NCBI GenBank assembly: GCA_964016885.1
Contig: OZ024751.1
Location: 11,160,001 to 11,224,000, forward strand
Reading direction: 5' to 3'
DNA: 64,000 bases
DNA from: Eledone cirrhosa
Taxonomy: Eukaryota
Shown: one piece after another, positions 45,016 through 58,661 of the stretch
Layout of the letters: every line of letters starts with the position of its first letter
Numbering within the stretch: the first letter of the stretch is position 1
The notes under the pieces: generated by a model
What the model saw: only the letters and a program-made list of their open reading frames with translations
The model's database searches: none
What the model was told of the DNA's origin: nothing
Program-made: the position numbers and the translations under genes

Positions 45016-45122
45016 ATGTATGCATATACATTTGTGCGTGTGGGTATATAAGTGTGTGTGTGTGTGTAAGAAACAAAAATGAAATATTACCTCCTCTTTC
45101 TCTCTCCCTCCTACCCCCTCTC

Positions 45123-45210
<88 letters not shown>

Positions 45211-45262
45211 AATGTTTATGTATGCATATATATATATATATATGGCAGAGACATGTGTATAT

Positions 45263-45358
<96 letters not shown>

Positions 45359-45444
45359 GAGACATGTGCATATATACACATATATATATATGTTATATTA
45401 TGGAATACTGTTGGCTTCTTGTTACAATACTTTCTATACCTTTC

Positions 45445-45479
<35 letters not shown>

Positions 45480-45542
45480 TATATATATATATGTTTATAT
45501 ATATATATATATATATATATGTTATATATATATATATGTATA

Positions 45543-45610
<68 letters not shown>

Positions 45611-45612
45611 CA

Positions 45613-45651
<39 letters not shown>

Positions 45652-45911
45652 CTCCCAAGATTTATCTTCCTCACTGTCAATGCCCTCATAGCGACATGAA
45701 GCCAAATCCCCCCCCCTACACCCACCCTCATCCTCCACACCCCCACAACCCCAACACGCCACCGCAGTTCTACCCTGCTGTGAATGTATGTTGGGCGGTT
45801 AAGTTAATCGGTGCATTAAAACACACGTTTGGACAATTCAGTTGTTAAGTAGCAATTAATGATATTTCTGCGGACCTACCTTAGTCTTCATCATTATCTA
45901 CCCTACCATCC

Positions 45912-46252
45912 ACCCACGACCACCCCACGGCATTCCCTATCACACACGACCACCTCCCGTCATTCCCTTCCACCCACGATCACCTCCCGCTATACCCCCC
46001 CCCCCCCCCCCACGACCACCTCCCGCCATTCCCTTCCCCCCCAGGACCACCTCCTGCCATTCCCTTCCACCCAGGACCACCTCCCGCTATACCCTTCCAC
46101 CCTCGACCACCTCCCGCCATTCCCTTCTACCCACGACCACCTCCCGCCATACCTTTCCTCCCACGACCACCTCCCGCCATACCTTTCCTCCCACGACCAC
46201 CTCCCGCCATTCCCTTCCACCTACGACCACCTCCCGCCATTCCCTTCCACCC
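45912..46252. repeat. 30-bp minisatellite (cacgaccacctcccgccattcccttccacc)
   Basis: Period 30, seen directly. Confidence 0.9.
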
Positions 46253-47250
46253 TCAAATCAACGTAATCTTGCAATCTTATCGTGATACGTCAGCAATATT
46301 CCCTCTCACCACCACCATCTCCATCACCACCACTGGCACCACAACAACAACACCAACGCTACTACTACTTCAAGAACAACAACAGCAATAACTACAACAC
46401 CTAACACAATCATAATCACCTCTACTAACAGACCTCCATATCACCCCCACCACCAACAAATACAATACCACCACCACCGCCAACACCATCACCATCCTCA
46501 TCACCATTACCAACACCACCACAACACTCAACATCTATCTACCGCTACCACCACCGCCGCCACTACCAACAGCATCACCCCATCACCATCACAACACTCA
46601 ACATCTATCTACCACCACCGCCAACACCATCACCATCCTGATCACCATTACCAACACCACCACAACACTCAACATCAAGTCTACCCTCACCACCGCCATC
46701 ACCACTGTTACGCCCAATCATCACCACCAACAATGTTTCCTTCCCCATCACCAGTAATACCACTGTCACTACAGCGAACAAAACCAACAAACACAACAAA
46801 AACAAGCACAATATGAACGGACCACCCCCCTGTTGACGCTAATCTACCGATTGGTAAAACTCATTTGATCTTTACCGCAAACAATTGCGAAATATTCTTC
46901 AAAGACGGCCGCCCTTTTACTTTGGTAAAACAATAAAAAATAAAGAAAATAAAATAGAATAAAATAATAAAAGTAAAACAAAACAAAACAAAATAAAATA
47001 AGAAAAGCATAAAATAAAATAAAATTTAAAACATATAAATAAGATAAGAAATATAAATGAGAAAACAAAATTCTTTCCTTAAATTTTATGTAGGTTTTAT
47101 CATCAGATCTTTCCATGTTTTTCTACTTTTAAATTTCTCTTAATCTTTCTTCTCTTAATCTCTTTCTCTCATTACATCACTCAACCATCTCTCTATCAGT
47201 CTCTACGTGTCTCATTCTGAAGTGTCTATGATTTGTCTTTCAGTCAATCA

Positions 47251-47301
<51 letters not shown>

Positions 47302-47304
<3 letters not shown>

Positions 47305-47770
47305 GTGCTCCCGTGGAGAAGGGTCGCACACTTTTTTTCGGGGGTGTGTGTGACCCCAAAACGATCCCTCCCTATTGAGGACCTTCTTGTTATTATTTTG
47401 TTTGTTATATTTTTCTTACTCGATTTTTATGTAAACTCCCCCCACCCATGTACATGTCCCTTTCTTCTGTGCCCTAGTGGCAAATAAACAGGAATTTATC
47501 TATCTATCTATCTGTAGGTTGAGGAAGATAAACAGAGGGAAGACGGGAACACCTACAAAACGTGTTCCTGGTGTTGAGGGTCGTTCTATCCACGGGATGT
47601 AAAACAACCCTACAGTAACGTTCACCCATATTGGGGATTTCAATTGTTATTTTATTATATATAGTTTATTGTTATTTATTAATGTTGAAGTTATATGGTT
47701 TTTATGTAAACCCCTGCCGTTACGTCTTGTAATGTTCCATTTTTGTACGCCCCTGTGGCAAATAAAAAGA
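47302..47770 (+). mobile_element. Two tandem 3'-end fragments of related retroelements within (TATC)n (47302-47495, 47514-47770)
   Basis: Both contain tttttatgtaaac and end in gccc..gtggcaaataaa followed by tatc repeats. Confidence 0.6.
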
Positions 47771-47859
47771 TATCTATATATCTCTATATATATCTATCTA
47801 TTTACCTATCTATTTACCTATATATCTGTCTATCTATCTGTCTATCTGTCTATCTATCT

Positions 47860-49300
47860 GGGCCCGAGTGGCGGAGGCGAAAAGTGGCAACAAGTCCACG
47901 ATTCGGTCTTTGAAGGACCAAGACGGACGCGTGATACGTGAGCCGAAGCAGATGTGCGCAGCCTTTTAGCGGCACTTTGCTCAACTGTTCGGGCAGGGCG
48001 GCGCGCCGGGAGGGGCTATGGATTTCGGTCCATACCTCGACGGCCTGCCGCGACTCTCGGACAGCGAGGCGAAGTTCTGCGAAAAGGCGGATTTCGGCCG
48101 CTGAGATAGGAGACGCGCTGAGTCGAAGCGGCAAACGCAAATCTCCAGGTCTCGACGGTCTACCCTACGAATTTTACGTAGCAATGCCGGACTTGTTCTC
48201 CGGTCTCCTGGAAGCGGTCTACTGCAACTGGCAGAAGGACGGGAGAATTCCCAGTTCTGTAACCAAGGGCGTAGTCACGTTAGTCAGGAAGGACGAGAAT
48301 AAGGGGCATGACATAGGCAACTTCCGGCCCATAACTCTGCTATACGCAGAGTTACAGATTTTGGCCAAGGTGTTGGCAAAGAGGCTGGCGCTTGTTGTCG
48401 AAAACCTGGTGGGAGAAGCGCAGACATGCGCAATCCCGACCAGGTCCATACACGACAACCTCCACCTCATGCGATACATCATAGTGAGGGTAGGGTGCAA
48501 ACCTGGCTTCGGTGGGTCCCTGATCAACTTGGATCAGTCTAAGGCTTTCGATAGGGTTGACCATCGTTACCTGGATGCGGTGCTCGAGGCGGCAGGTTTT
48601 GGACCCGTGTTCAGGTGCTGGATTGCTGCAATTCACAGCAGCAACATCTGCTCAATGGTCAAGGTGAACGGCTACCTCTCGGAGCCGTTCCATATCGCGA
48701 TCCATCCGACAGGGATGCCCTCTCTCCTCCCTTCTGTACATACTGACTCTCGAGCCACTACTGCGGAAGTTGGAGCTATTGCAGGGCATCCCTTTGGAAC
48801 CGGGACTAAGAAAAGCAGCGTCGTGTCTGTAATGGTGTCGAGCACCTCGAACATCGGGAAGTCGGCACCTTACTGAAAGAATACGAAAGGTTCACAGGAG
48901 CGAAGCTGAACCGGGACAAATCCGTCGGTTTACAACTTGGAAAGTGGAGAGGCAAACCAATGCCTTCCGATGGCGTCGTCGGACGCTGGACGGAAGGACC
49001 GGTAAAGCTGCTCAGGGTATGGTTTGGTCCGGACCTCCAGGTGGAGAAGAACTGGAACGAGGTGACGGCCGAGGTGTTTGCGCTCACCCAGATGTGGGCC
49101 GAGTGCAAACTATCCTTGAAAGGTCTAGCGGAGGTGGCGAACACTTTTATAGCGTCCGTCATCTACTACCGCTTGACCTTCGTGCCTTGTCCAGCCAAAA
49201 TGCGCACCAAAATGGAGCGCGTGCTCTTCCAATTCCTTTGGAAGAAGCGGGCTCCTTTAGTGAGAAGATCCATCTGCTGCCAACACCTTTCAAACGGAGT
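47860..49300 (+). mobile_element. Tx1/L1-clade non-LTR retrotransposon ORF2 fragment (frameshifted)
   Basis: KSPGLDGLPYEFY, NFRPITLL, ILAKVLAKRL, LDQSKAFDRVDHRYL, then LSLKG.A.VANTFIAS...FQFLW in a later frame. Confidence 0.9.
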
Positions 49301-49306
49301 GGGCCC

Positions 49307-50111
49307 CTTCACACTAAGAGTTTTGTCCTTCAAAGTAATCCCCCTGGAGTCTAATGCACTTTTCCATCCTTTTCTGCCACGCTTGCATGCACTCCTGGAT
49401 GGATTCTTCCGGATCCTCCGCAATTCCATCGTCACGGCCTTTTTGATGTCGTCCACGTCTTCAAAACGGGTTCCCGACGGGTCGTACTCGAAGATCCATG
49501 ACTCATCACCGGTGATGACTGTCCCTAGCAAGTCTGGTTCCGTTTCAAGACGCTCGAAGATATCCTGGCACACTTGCATGCGTCGACCATTCTGGTCATC
49601 GTTCAGCAGTTTTGGCACCATCTTCGCGCAGACTTTCCGCATGTCCAAATCTTCAGTGAAAATCTTCCATCCGCTGTCCCGATTCATGCCCAGCTCATTT
49701 GCAATCAGTCGAACAGTCAGCCGACGATCACTACACACCATCTGCCTGACGCGCTCAACGTTGACCTCAGTCTTGGTTGTTGAAGGCCTTCCGCTCCTGG
49801 GGGTCATCTTGCACCACTCAAAAACACGTGAGCGTGACATCGTCTCATCTCCATAGACCTGCTGCAGTAATCCCAGTGCTTCTGACGGAGTTTTCAAGTT
49901 TGTTCGTTGCTCTATGCTCATTGTTTGACGACCTGAAACAGAGGACATGTATATAAAATTATGAAGGAAAACGTTTGATCGCTGCAGAGAGCTAAGATTA
50001 CAGTTACATACTCCAGGGGGATTACTTTGAAGGAGAAGACTCTTAGTGTGAAGTTTGGGTTTGAAATAAATCTTTTGTGACATCAGTCCTGGAACTTTTC
50101 TGACACACCTC

Positions 50112-50112
<1 letters not shown>
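49307..50112 (-). mobile_element. mariner transposon, internally deleted, one TIR truncated
   Basis: VYGDETMSRSRVFEW, RSGRP, CAKMVPKLL, VITGDESWIFEYDP joined directly to GTRFEDVDDIK; terminus TA|CGAGGTGTGTCAGAAAAGTTCCAGGACT at 50112; inner inverted repeat 49307-49350 / 50010-50053. Confidence 0.92.
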
Positions 50113-50145
<33 letters not shown>

Positions 50146-50147
<2 letters not shown>

Positions 50148-50430
50148 TCGGAAGCTCATGAGGTCGATTACAGGTAGTGATTTATGTCCTTGAGCTAGAC
50201 ACTTCATTCCACGTTGTTCAAGTCCACTTGAGCAGAAAAATGTATTATACCTGTAGTTCAAAGCGCCAGATTTGTCACACACAGTGCCACGTTGAATCTT
50301 CCTGGGAACTAAATTAGGCGTACATGTGTCTTTGGACTGTTGAGCCACCTGTAAGCTAATTTCATGAATAGCTTGTTCCGTTAGCCAAGCAACTGGAACA
50401 CTCATCTACGGAAACGACGAAGACCCCAAA
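50146..50430 (+). mobile_element. Decayed CORE-type SINE
   Basis: tgtccttgagctagacacttcattccacgttg matches the CORE-like segment of 34115-34445. Confidence 0.7.
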
Positions 50431-51918
50431 ACTTTGTACCATGAATAGAAGAAAACTCTTGTAGAAATAGTGTCGATAAGAAGTTACTACCAAAGTATAA
50501 TAGTGGAGGAAGTGTAGCTGAGCGTCGGCTATAACATCCTAACGTGGTTCACCGTCAACGATCATATTTCTACCAACGTGTAACAGGAACACTGATAATT
50601 TCAACATCGGCAATGAGTTACTACAACGAAAATAATACAAAATCAAAAAAAAAAAAAATTGTGTAGCCTAGCGTCGGTACCACGAAAACAGGAAAAAAAA
50701 ACCCAGAAAATTAGTTCAGTGTAGTGTAGGCAGTAAGTTATTAACGGCGTAAAACAAACAGCACACGTAACTTCCTGTTCTCTTTTACGATAAAAGACTT
50801 GAATCTGAAGCATGGACAATTTCCTTTTTACTTGCATTAACTTTATTCAATTCATCTATCACGATTTATCGCTCTCTTCTGATGTGTGTTTCAACCTTAA
50901 TATCAATCTCCGTATTATTTGAACTCAGAACTCAAACCTTGTTCTCAATAGTTCGTGTTTATTTGATGTAAATGACAAGATATATAGACTGACAATTAGT
51001 TTTATAGTGTCAAATAGTTCCATTTATTTACTTGCCCTCTATCTTACTTTCATCTCTATGTCTTTATCCTGAAAATTATCATCATACAAGAGGTTCCTCT
51101 TCTTTGATACATATATTTATCTCTAATAATAATCTAAGTTGTTTATATCACAAATGCCTTGTACATGTGTTTATGTGTAGTTGTAGCAATCTCTAAATAT
51201 CATTCATTTACTTATCTTGTATGCTATATTAATGTCTATGCCTGCTTATGTCTGCATTTATGTGATATCATCAACTCTATTACTTGGTAACTCAACCAAC
51301 TTGACCACATGTATTGCTTATATATATTCCACTTTAATCTGCTTTATCTTAACAAACCTTTTAACCTTAAAGTTTTTCTAACTTTAAGCAGTTCTGTTGC
51401 TCTGTAGTTATATATGTTCCCCATTCATATGTCCATTATCATTCTATTAATCTATGCATTTACGTTACAATGTTATTTCCCTCCTAATTTATCTAAAGAC
51501 TCGATCACACCAATCATTTTTTCGTGTTAGATATTGAACTTTGATCCACAGGTAAACTCATGATCTGGGAGATGACGTACAACGACATTTTCTCCAGTAG
51601 CAACCTGTGGCCTTCACCGACAGACCTAGGTTTCGTTGCCCGATAAGCTGAAGATTAAAAGCTATTGAAGTATCGATCGATCACTTTCCGATAGGTTTTC
51701 ATTGAACCTTTAGCGGTGTAAACTTCTGGTGTTTTTAGTCTAGGGGACGGAGTTGACCACCCACCGGAATAAACGACGCGTATTCCGATGCCTGTTTCAA
51801 AACGTTCCCTCTTTATCTGTTGGGGTAAAGCTCTGTCTACACTGTCCGCTGGGACAAGAAAGCAGCTTGCGTCTGCGTGTCTGCACGCCAGGGAGCTCTC
51901 CGCCATTATTTAGGTATA

Positions 51919-52525
51919 CAGTAATCCCCCACTATATCGCAGTTCACTTTTCGCGGTCCCACTACATCGCGGATTTTCTTTGGGATGTATCTAATTTCCT
52001 ATCGCGGTAATCCTTTCCTCATGGTGGATTTTTCGTTAGAACATATCTATTTTCTTATCACGGTACGTACGTGTGAATAAAACGTGTTTAAAATTTAAAC
52101 TTATTCAATAAGTTTCGATGTGATTGAAGTGTCTATCGTAAGGAAGGGGCATCTTAAGGCTTTAACTATGAACAAATGTTTTTATTTTTCATTCCATTAC
52201 TATTTTACTAATTGTGTTTTTCTCTAATCTACTACAAACCCTTCATAGATTGACGGGAGATGTGCAGTGTGTTACCAAGTGGCTACCGTGGCTGGTAATG
52301 GTCGTCATTGGTAACTAGTGGTACGATCGTTCCTGTATATATTTGGGGTTTAAATACAAAAGTGTGTGTTAATGAGTTTATATGTACTTAAAGCATGTAG
52401 AAGAGGTATTTTAAGACTTAAACTACGAAAACAACGGTTGTCTTTATGGTCCATCTATAACGCGGCTTTTCATTTATCGCGGTTGGTTGTGGAACGTATC
52501 CCCCGTGGATAGGGGGTTTATACTG
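51919..52525. mobile_element. Tigger/pogo-like MITE
   Basis: TA|CAGTAATCCCCC...GGGGGTTTATACTG|TA with subterminal TCGCGG repeats. Confidence 0.75.
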
Positions 52526-52646
52526 TATAAGATTGTGGTGGTAACAGTATATGGCACTCACACACCTAACAAATACACATACACATTCACTCACAGGCAC
52601 ATTAACAATTTACAAAACATCCTGTCTATAATTCTATAGTCTATAG

Positions 52647-52978
52647 CAGCGTTTCTCAACCTTTTTACCCTTGTGGAACCCTTGAAATAGGTTCATGTCT
52701 CAGGGAACTCCTACATAAAAATTATTATATACCATTATTAATATCTATCTCTTATATTGACCTAGTTTTACATAATATAAGAGGTTGAAGCCTTTCTTAA
52801 AATAAACAAGGATTTTCCCACAATATGCCGTAAATGCATAGTAAAATTACGAATATAAAATTAAACAAAAATTACTTTTCAGAAATACATTAGTTTATTT
52901 ATCACTGGTTCTCGCGGAACCACTAGCGACCTCTTGCGGGATCCTAGGGTTCCGGGGAACACCAGTTGAGAAATGCTG
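52647..52978. mobile_element. hAT MITE
   Basis: TIRs CAGCGTTTCTCAAC / GTTGAGAAATGCTG; perfect 8-bp TSD GTCTATAG. Confidence 0.92.
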
Positions 52979-53231
52979 GTCTATAGCAACACTAGTGTTT
53001 AGTCAGACAGATTTGGAATCGTTCTCGTGAATTATGAACTGGTGACTTACTTTGACACACTACAAATATATGGAGCAAGACTATGGGTTCTTGAATATTT
53101 AAGTATTAATGAATGACAAATTGAACACATAGTGATTTAGGGACCCTTATAAGATTTTGCTATGAATTTAGTCAGGCATTTATACAATTTTTGCCACTCC
53201 ACTATTCTCTCCCTATATTTATTATTATTAT

Positions 53232-53352
53232 ACGGCCCTTTAAGGTCTGAGTTCAAATCCCGCCGAGGTGAAATTTGCCTGGGGTCGATAATATAAAGTA
53301 CCAGTAATGCACTGGGATAATTGTTGGCCTTGTGCCAAGCGTAGAAAGAATT
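53232..53352 (+). mobile_element. 5'-truncated tRNA-derived SINE
   Basis: ctgagttcaaatcccgccgagg...ggggtcgataa...agtaccagtaatgcactgg...ggccttgtgcc. Confidence 0.8.
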
Positions 53353-53624
53353 ATTATTTTCCTATATATATCTACCCGTTACCCTGTAATATTTTTTACA
53401 ATTTTACCTGAAATGTGAATCACATTAGTGGAAGTGTGAGCCTCTACGTGGTAGCCTTAACTCTCTCTATAAAAGACATACTACTGCATTGGAAAATATA
53501 GACTTAAATACAGAAAAATCAGATAGGAACTAACATTAAAGGGACAGTAAAATATCCTAGGGTTGCCACCTCTATACCTGATTCTTTCCCTCGATTGCTT
53601 CAAGAATAGCAGAACATTGTGTAG

Positions 53625-53832
53625 TGGATTAGCAGTATTAGGAGAGCCTCAGACACCCTGCTTCGAGGCATAGAACTACGGCGCTTTGCTTTCTGAGTTC
53701 AAATCTTGCCGAGGTTAGTTTTGCCTTTGAGCTTTACGGGTTCGATAAAATGAAGAACCAGTTATGCACTGGGGTCCATTAAATCGACTTTCCTCTCCCC
53801 CAAAATTGCTGGCCTTGTGCTTAAATCAGATA
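53625..53832 (+). mobile_element. tRNA-derived SINE
   Basis: Same family: tctgagttcaaatcttgccgagg...gcctt...gcactggggtc...ggccttgtgc. Confidence 0.8.
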
Positions 53833-54257
53833 CCGATAATCAGTTAATCACAACACAAACTGCTTAACATCTACAAATAACTGATGACAAATCTATCGTT
53901 AATTATACATTTATATTTCACATAATTACAAATTGATTTCTTTCTACATGTCTACATCGCTGAGATGTAGACATGTTTCCCAATACTTTACCCAGTCCCA
54001 AAATGTTACCAAGCTAGGGTCGGAAAATACTCCATTTTTAGTCTCTAAATGAAACAAAAAACAAAACAAAACAGGGATCACATTAAGCATTAAGTAGACT
54101 TATACATGAGTATGTAAGATCTATCATTTTAATTTAGGGTCAAATAAGATTAGAAGTACTTACGTAATTATGATAGCTTAGAGTTTGGGTAATATTTCAA
54201 TAGAAAAGTTTCAGGGTACAATTTCAAATATGAAAAAGGTATATTTGTAATCCTTAC

Positions 54258-54313
<56 letters not shown>

Positions 54314-54363
54314 GTATCCATCCATATATATACACATACATCCAAACACAAACACACACACAC

Positions 54364-54415
<52 letters not shown>

Positions 54416-55189
54416 GTTCATACATGCACTGTATATATCTGCGTTGGTTTTCGGTTGTGTATTTTTGAGTGTGGCGCAATATGTATAATTTTGTATGTGG
54501 AAATGTGATTGAGTGTAAATATGTGTGATTTTTATGTTTACGTATATTTCCCTTTTTTCATCTTTCCTTTTTTTTTTGATGCGTGAAATGAAAAAACCGA
54601 CTTTTAGCAACCAAAAAAGAAAGAAAAAAAATATATATATAATAATGATAATAATAAAACCCTGGCGATAAGCCAGAGTTTTGTTTCTTAAATTAAATTT
54701 AGGAATAAAAAAAAATGTAAAATATATGAAATTCTCCAGAATGAAAAAAATAATAGTGAGTAATAAAAAAAATAAGGACAAGTATAAAATTTGATAAAGA
54801 AAAAAAATGGCGAAATATTCAAATCCGGAGTAAGTCTTAAAAGTGATTTTTGTTGAAGAGTTTTAATACCTGAGGTAATATGGGTAAGAAGTTGCATTGA
54901 AGGTGAGGAAAAAAAGTGGAGGGAATGGAGGGGGAGGGAAATAGATATATAAAGAATTGTATAAGGAAAAAAGTTTGCAGTGGATCTGGTAAATTAATTA
55001 GCGAAAAAAAAAAAATCACCATTGTCATTAAAATTTGGATATATCACGTGGTGTTATAGGTGGGAATGATGATAGTGAATATAGTGAATAAGGATGGTAT
55101 ACTTCTTCTTCTTTTTCTTTTTCTTCTTTTTCTTCTTTTTCTTCTTCTTCTTCTTCTTCTTCTTCTTCTTCTTCTTCTTCTTCTTCTTC

Positions 55190-55235
<46 letters not shown>

Positions 55236-55967
55236 GAATAGTAAATCTAGCGGTAGTCATTGTGGTGGTTATAGAATTGCTTTGATAAGGCGAGCTGAGG
55301 GACTTCGTTCGATTGAATTAAGAATATTTTCGCGTATATATATATGTATATATATATACACACACAAATATGTTTTGGCGTATTTACAAATGTGAGAGAA
55401 TGTATCTATGGTATTAGTTTCAGTCTCTGCACAACTATCTGTGTGTGTGTATGTGTATGTGATAGAAAGAGGGAAGATGGAGAAAGAGTTTGTTTGATAT
55501 TAAATAGTTAGGAACTGACTATATAAAGCACACAAGTTATATCTGTTGCCTTGGTGCCACCGAGAAATTACATATGAAAAATCATGATTATCAAATATAT
55601 CTTGTCTTTCATAGAATATTTGTAATCTTTTTAAATCCGATTCACTGTTACATATACACATATACACTCACCAAATCACACACACAAAAACACATACTTA
55701 CAGCTGCATACACGCCGCGCGCACACACACACAGCCGCATACACGCGCACTCACACACACAGCCACATATGTCCGCGCACACACGTATGTATACAGATAC
55801 CCAGAAACGCAAATATAGCAAAATATCACTTTATATTGTGTATCCATATAGGTTTTAAATATATTTTCACGTGTGTGTGTTTGTGGATCTCTGCTCATAT
55901 GTAAATACATTTGATTTAAAGATGCCTAAATCTGCGTGTTTAAATGACAATATAAATTATAATAATA

Positions 55968-56352
55968 GTTTCAGATTTAGGCACAAGGCCAACAATTTGG
56001 GGGAGGGGAAACTCGATTGAATTGACCCCAGTATGTTACTGGTGTTTTATTTTATCGAGCCCGTAAGAATGAAAGTCAGAGCTAACCTCGGCGCGATTTG
56101 AAATGGGAATATAAATGACTGTAATATTATGCGACGAAGCTAATTGCCGATGCATTAAATTCTGGCCAATTACGTTCTGATTTCAGATGCAGCCATGGTA
56201 AAATTTACATTTTATCCTTAAGGGGGTCCATAAAATAAAGTACGTTTAAGACACGGGGTTCAATTTAATCGACTTTCACCTCCCCAAAAATTGTTGTTCT
56301 TGTACCTACATCAGAAACCAATATGGTGGTGGATTGGCAGAATCGGTAGAGA
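55968..56352. mobile_element. Cluster of decayed SINE copies (minus ~55968-56135, plus ~56165-56320, head at ~56330-56352)
   Basis: ggcacaaggcc...gaccccag...aacctcggcgcgatttgaa; ggggtccataaaataaagtac; gattggcagaatcggtagag. Confidence 0.7.
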
Positions 56353-56433
56353 GAGTGAGAGAGAGTGCGTAATTTTATATATATATATAATTTTATATAT
56401 ATATTTATATATTTATATATATATTTATATATT

Positions 56434-56464
<31 letters not shown>

Positions 56465-56479
56465 ATTTATATATATATA

Positions 56480-56584
<105 letters not shown>

Positions 56585-56604
56585 ATATATATATTTATAT
56601 TTAT

Positions 56605-57147
56605 AGAAAAACGGAAAAAATGAAACGAAATTTCATTTCTCACTCTTAGTACGACTGTTACTTAAATATAAGTATGTATACGTACATACATATATGTATA
56701 CAGACGTACAGTAGTATGTATATATATATATACATACATGCACACATATATATATATGTACGTAAGGATTCACCGAACATTTATTATAATGCTCGGTGTG
56801 TTTGTAAACAAATATCCCGTATTAAGCCGTAGTGTTTAGCAACCATCGTTGCTCATTTGTTCAACACTGACAAAGGAACTCTGTACTAGTTTCTAGCTTA
56901 TTAACTATCGTCAGCAGCGTATACCTTCCTGCCAGATGGTTGAACGTCTGAAAGTATATACTTTCCTTATGCATATTAACGGCTGAGCAGCCTAATTTGC
57001 ATATCGAGTGAATTAATCGGCCGGGGTACCGAAAACAATAAACGAAAAAAATGAAACGAAATTTGATTTCTCACTCTTAGAACGGCTGTTGCTTAAATAT
57101 AAGTATGTGTAGGTATACAGACGTACATATATATATATACATACATG

Positions 57148-57184
<37 letters not shown>

Positions 57185-57350
57185 GTATGGATTCACCGAA
57201 CATTTATTATAATGCTCGGTGTGTTTGTAAACAAACATCCCGAATTAAGCCGTGCATCCCGAATTAAGCCGTGCATGTATGTATATATATATACATACTA
57301 CTGTACGTCTTTATACATATATGTATGTACGTATACGTACTTATATATAT
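56605..57350 (-). mobile_element. Retrozyme-like element family G: ~1.5 head-to-tail units (~425-430 bp) plus an inverted terminal segment
   Basis: Direct repeats 56611/57042 and 56758/57181; ~57273-57345 is the reverse complement of ~56668-56741. Confidence 0.75.
56878..56920 (-). ncRNA. Minimal type I hammerhead (family G)
   Basis: ACGCTG-CTGACGA-TAGTT AATA AGCTA-GAAAC TA GTA-CAGAGT; intact core, palindromic ACTAGT stem III. Confidence 0.82.
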
Positions 57351-57599
57351 ATGTATGTACGTAAACATACTTATATATATTTATATATATATATATATAT
57401 ATTTTTATATATATATATATATATATTTATATATACATATTTATATATATATATATATTTATATATATATTTATATATATATATATGTATAAATATATAT
57501 ATATATATATGTATATGTATATATGTATATGTATATATATATATGTGTATGTATATATATTTATATATATGTATGCATATATATATATATGTGTCTATG

Positions 57600-57712
<113 letters not shown>

Positions 57713-57815
57713 GTTTATGTATATATATATGTATATATATATATATGTATGTATATATGTATGTATATATGTATATGTATATATATGTATATATATATAT
57801 GTAAATATGTATATG

Positions 57816-57846
<31 letters not shown>

Positions 57847-57987
57847 GTATATATGTATATATATATATATATGTATATGTATATATGTATATGTATATAT
57901 GTATAAGTAAATATATATATATGTATATGTATATGTATATATATGTATGTATATATATATATATATATGTATTTGTATATGTATATT

Positions 57988-58030
<43 letters not shown>

Positions 58031-58093
58031 GTATATATATATGTATATATATATATATGTATATATATGTATATGTATATATATATGTATATT

Positions 58094-58124
<31 letters not shown>

Positions 58125-58157
58125 GTATATATATATGTATATTTATATATATATGTA

Positions 58158-58220
<63 letters not shown>

Positions 58221-58293
58221 GTATATGTATATATATATATATGTATATTTATATATATATATATATGTATATGTATATTTATATATATATATG

Positions 58294-58336
<43 letters not shown>

Positions 58337-58407
58337 TTGTATATATATATATGTATATTTATATATATATTTGAATATATATATATGTATATTTATATAT
58401 ATATTTG

Positions 58408-58438
<31 letters not shown>

Positions 58439-58461
58439 TCGTATTTATATGTATATATGTA

Positions 58462-58540
<79 letters not shown>

Positions 58541-58541
58541 A

Positions 58542-58578
<37 letters not shown>

Positions 58579-58661
58579 TAAGATAAGCAGAACAAGCAAA
58601 ATTTAACTAATTTTTTAAAATAAATTAAAAAATATAATTTAAATATTTACCTACTGAAGTC

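Noticed and set aside
48960-49856. 298-aa ORF as a novel gene
   Set aside because: Chimera of Tx1 ORF2 sequence and the antisense strand of the mariner.
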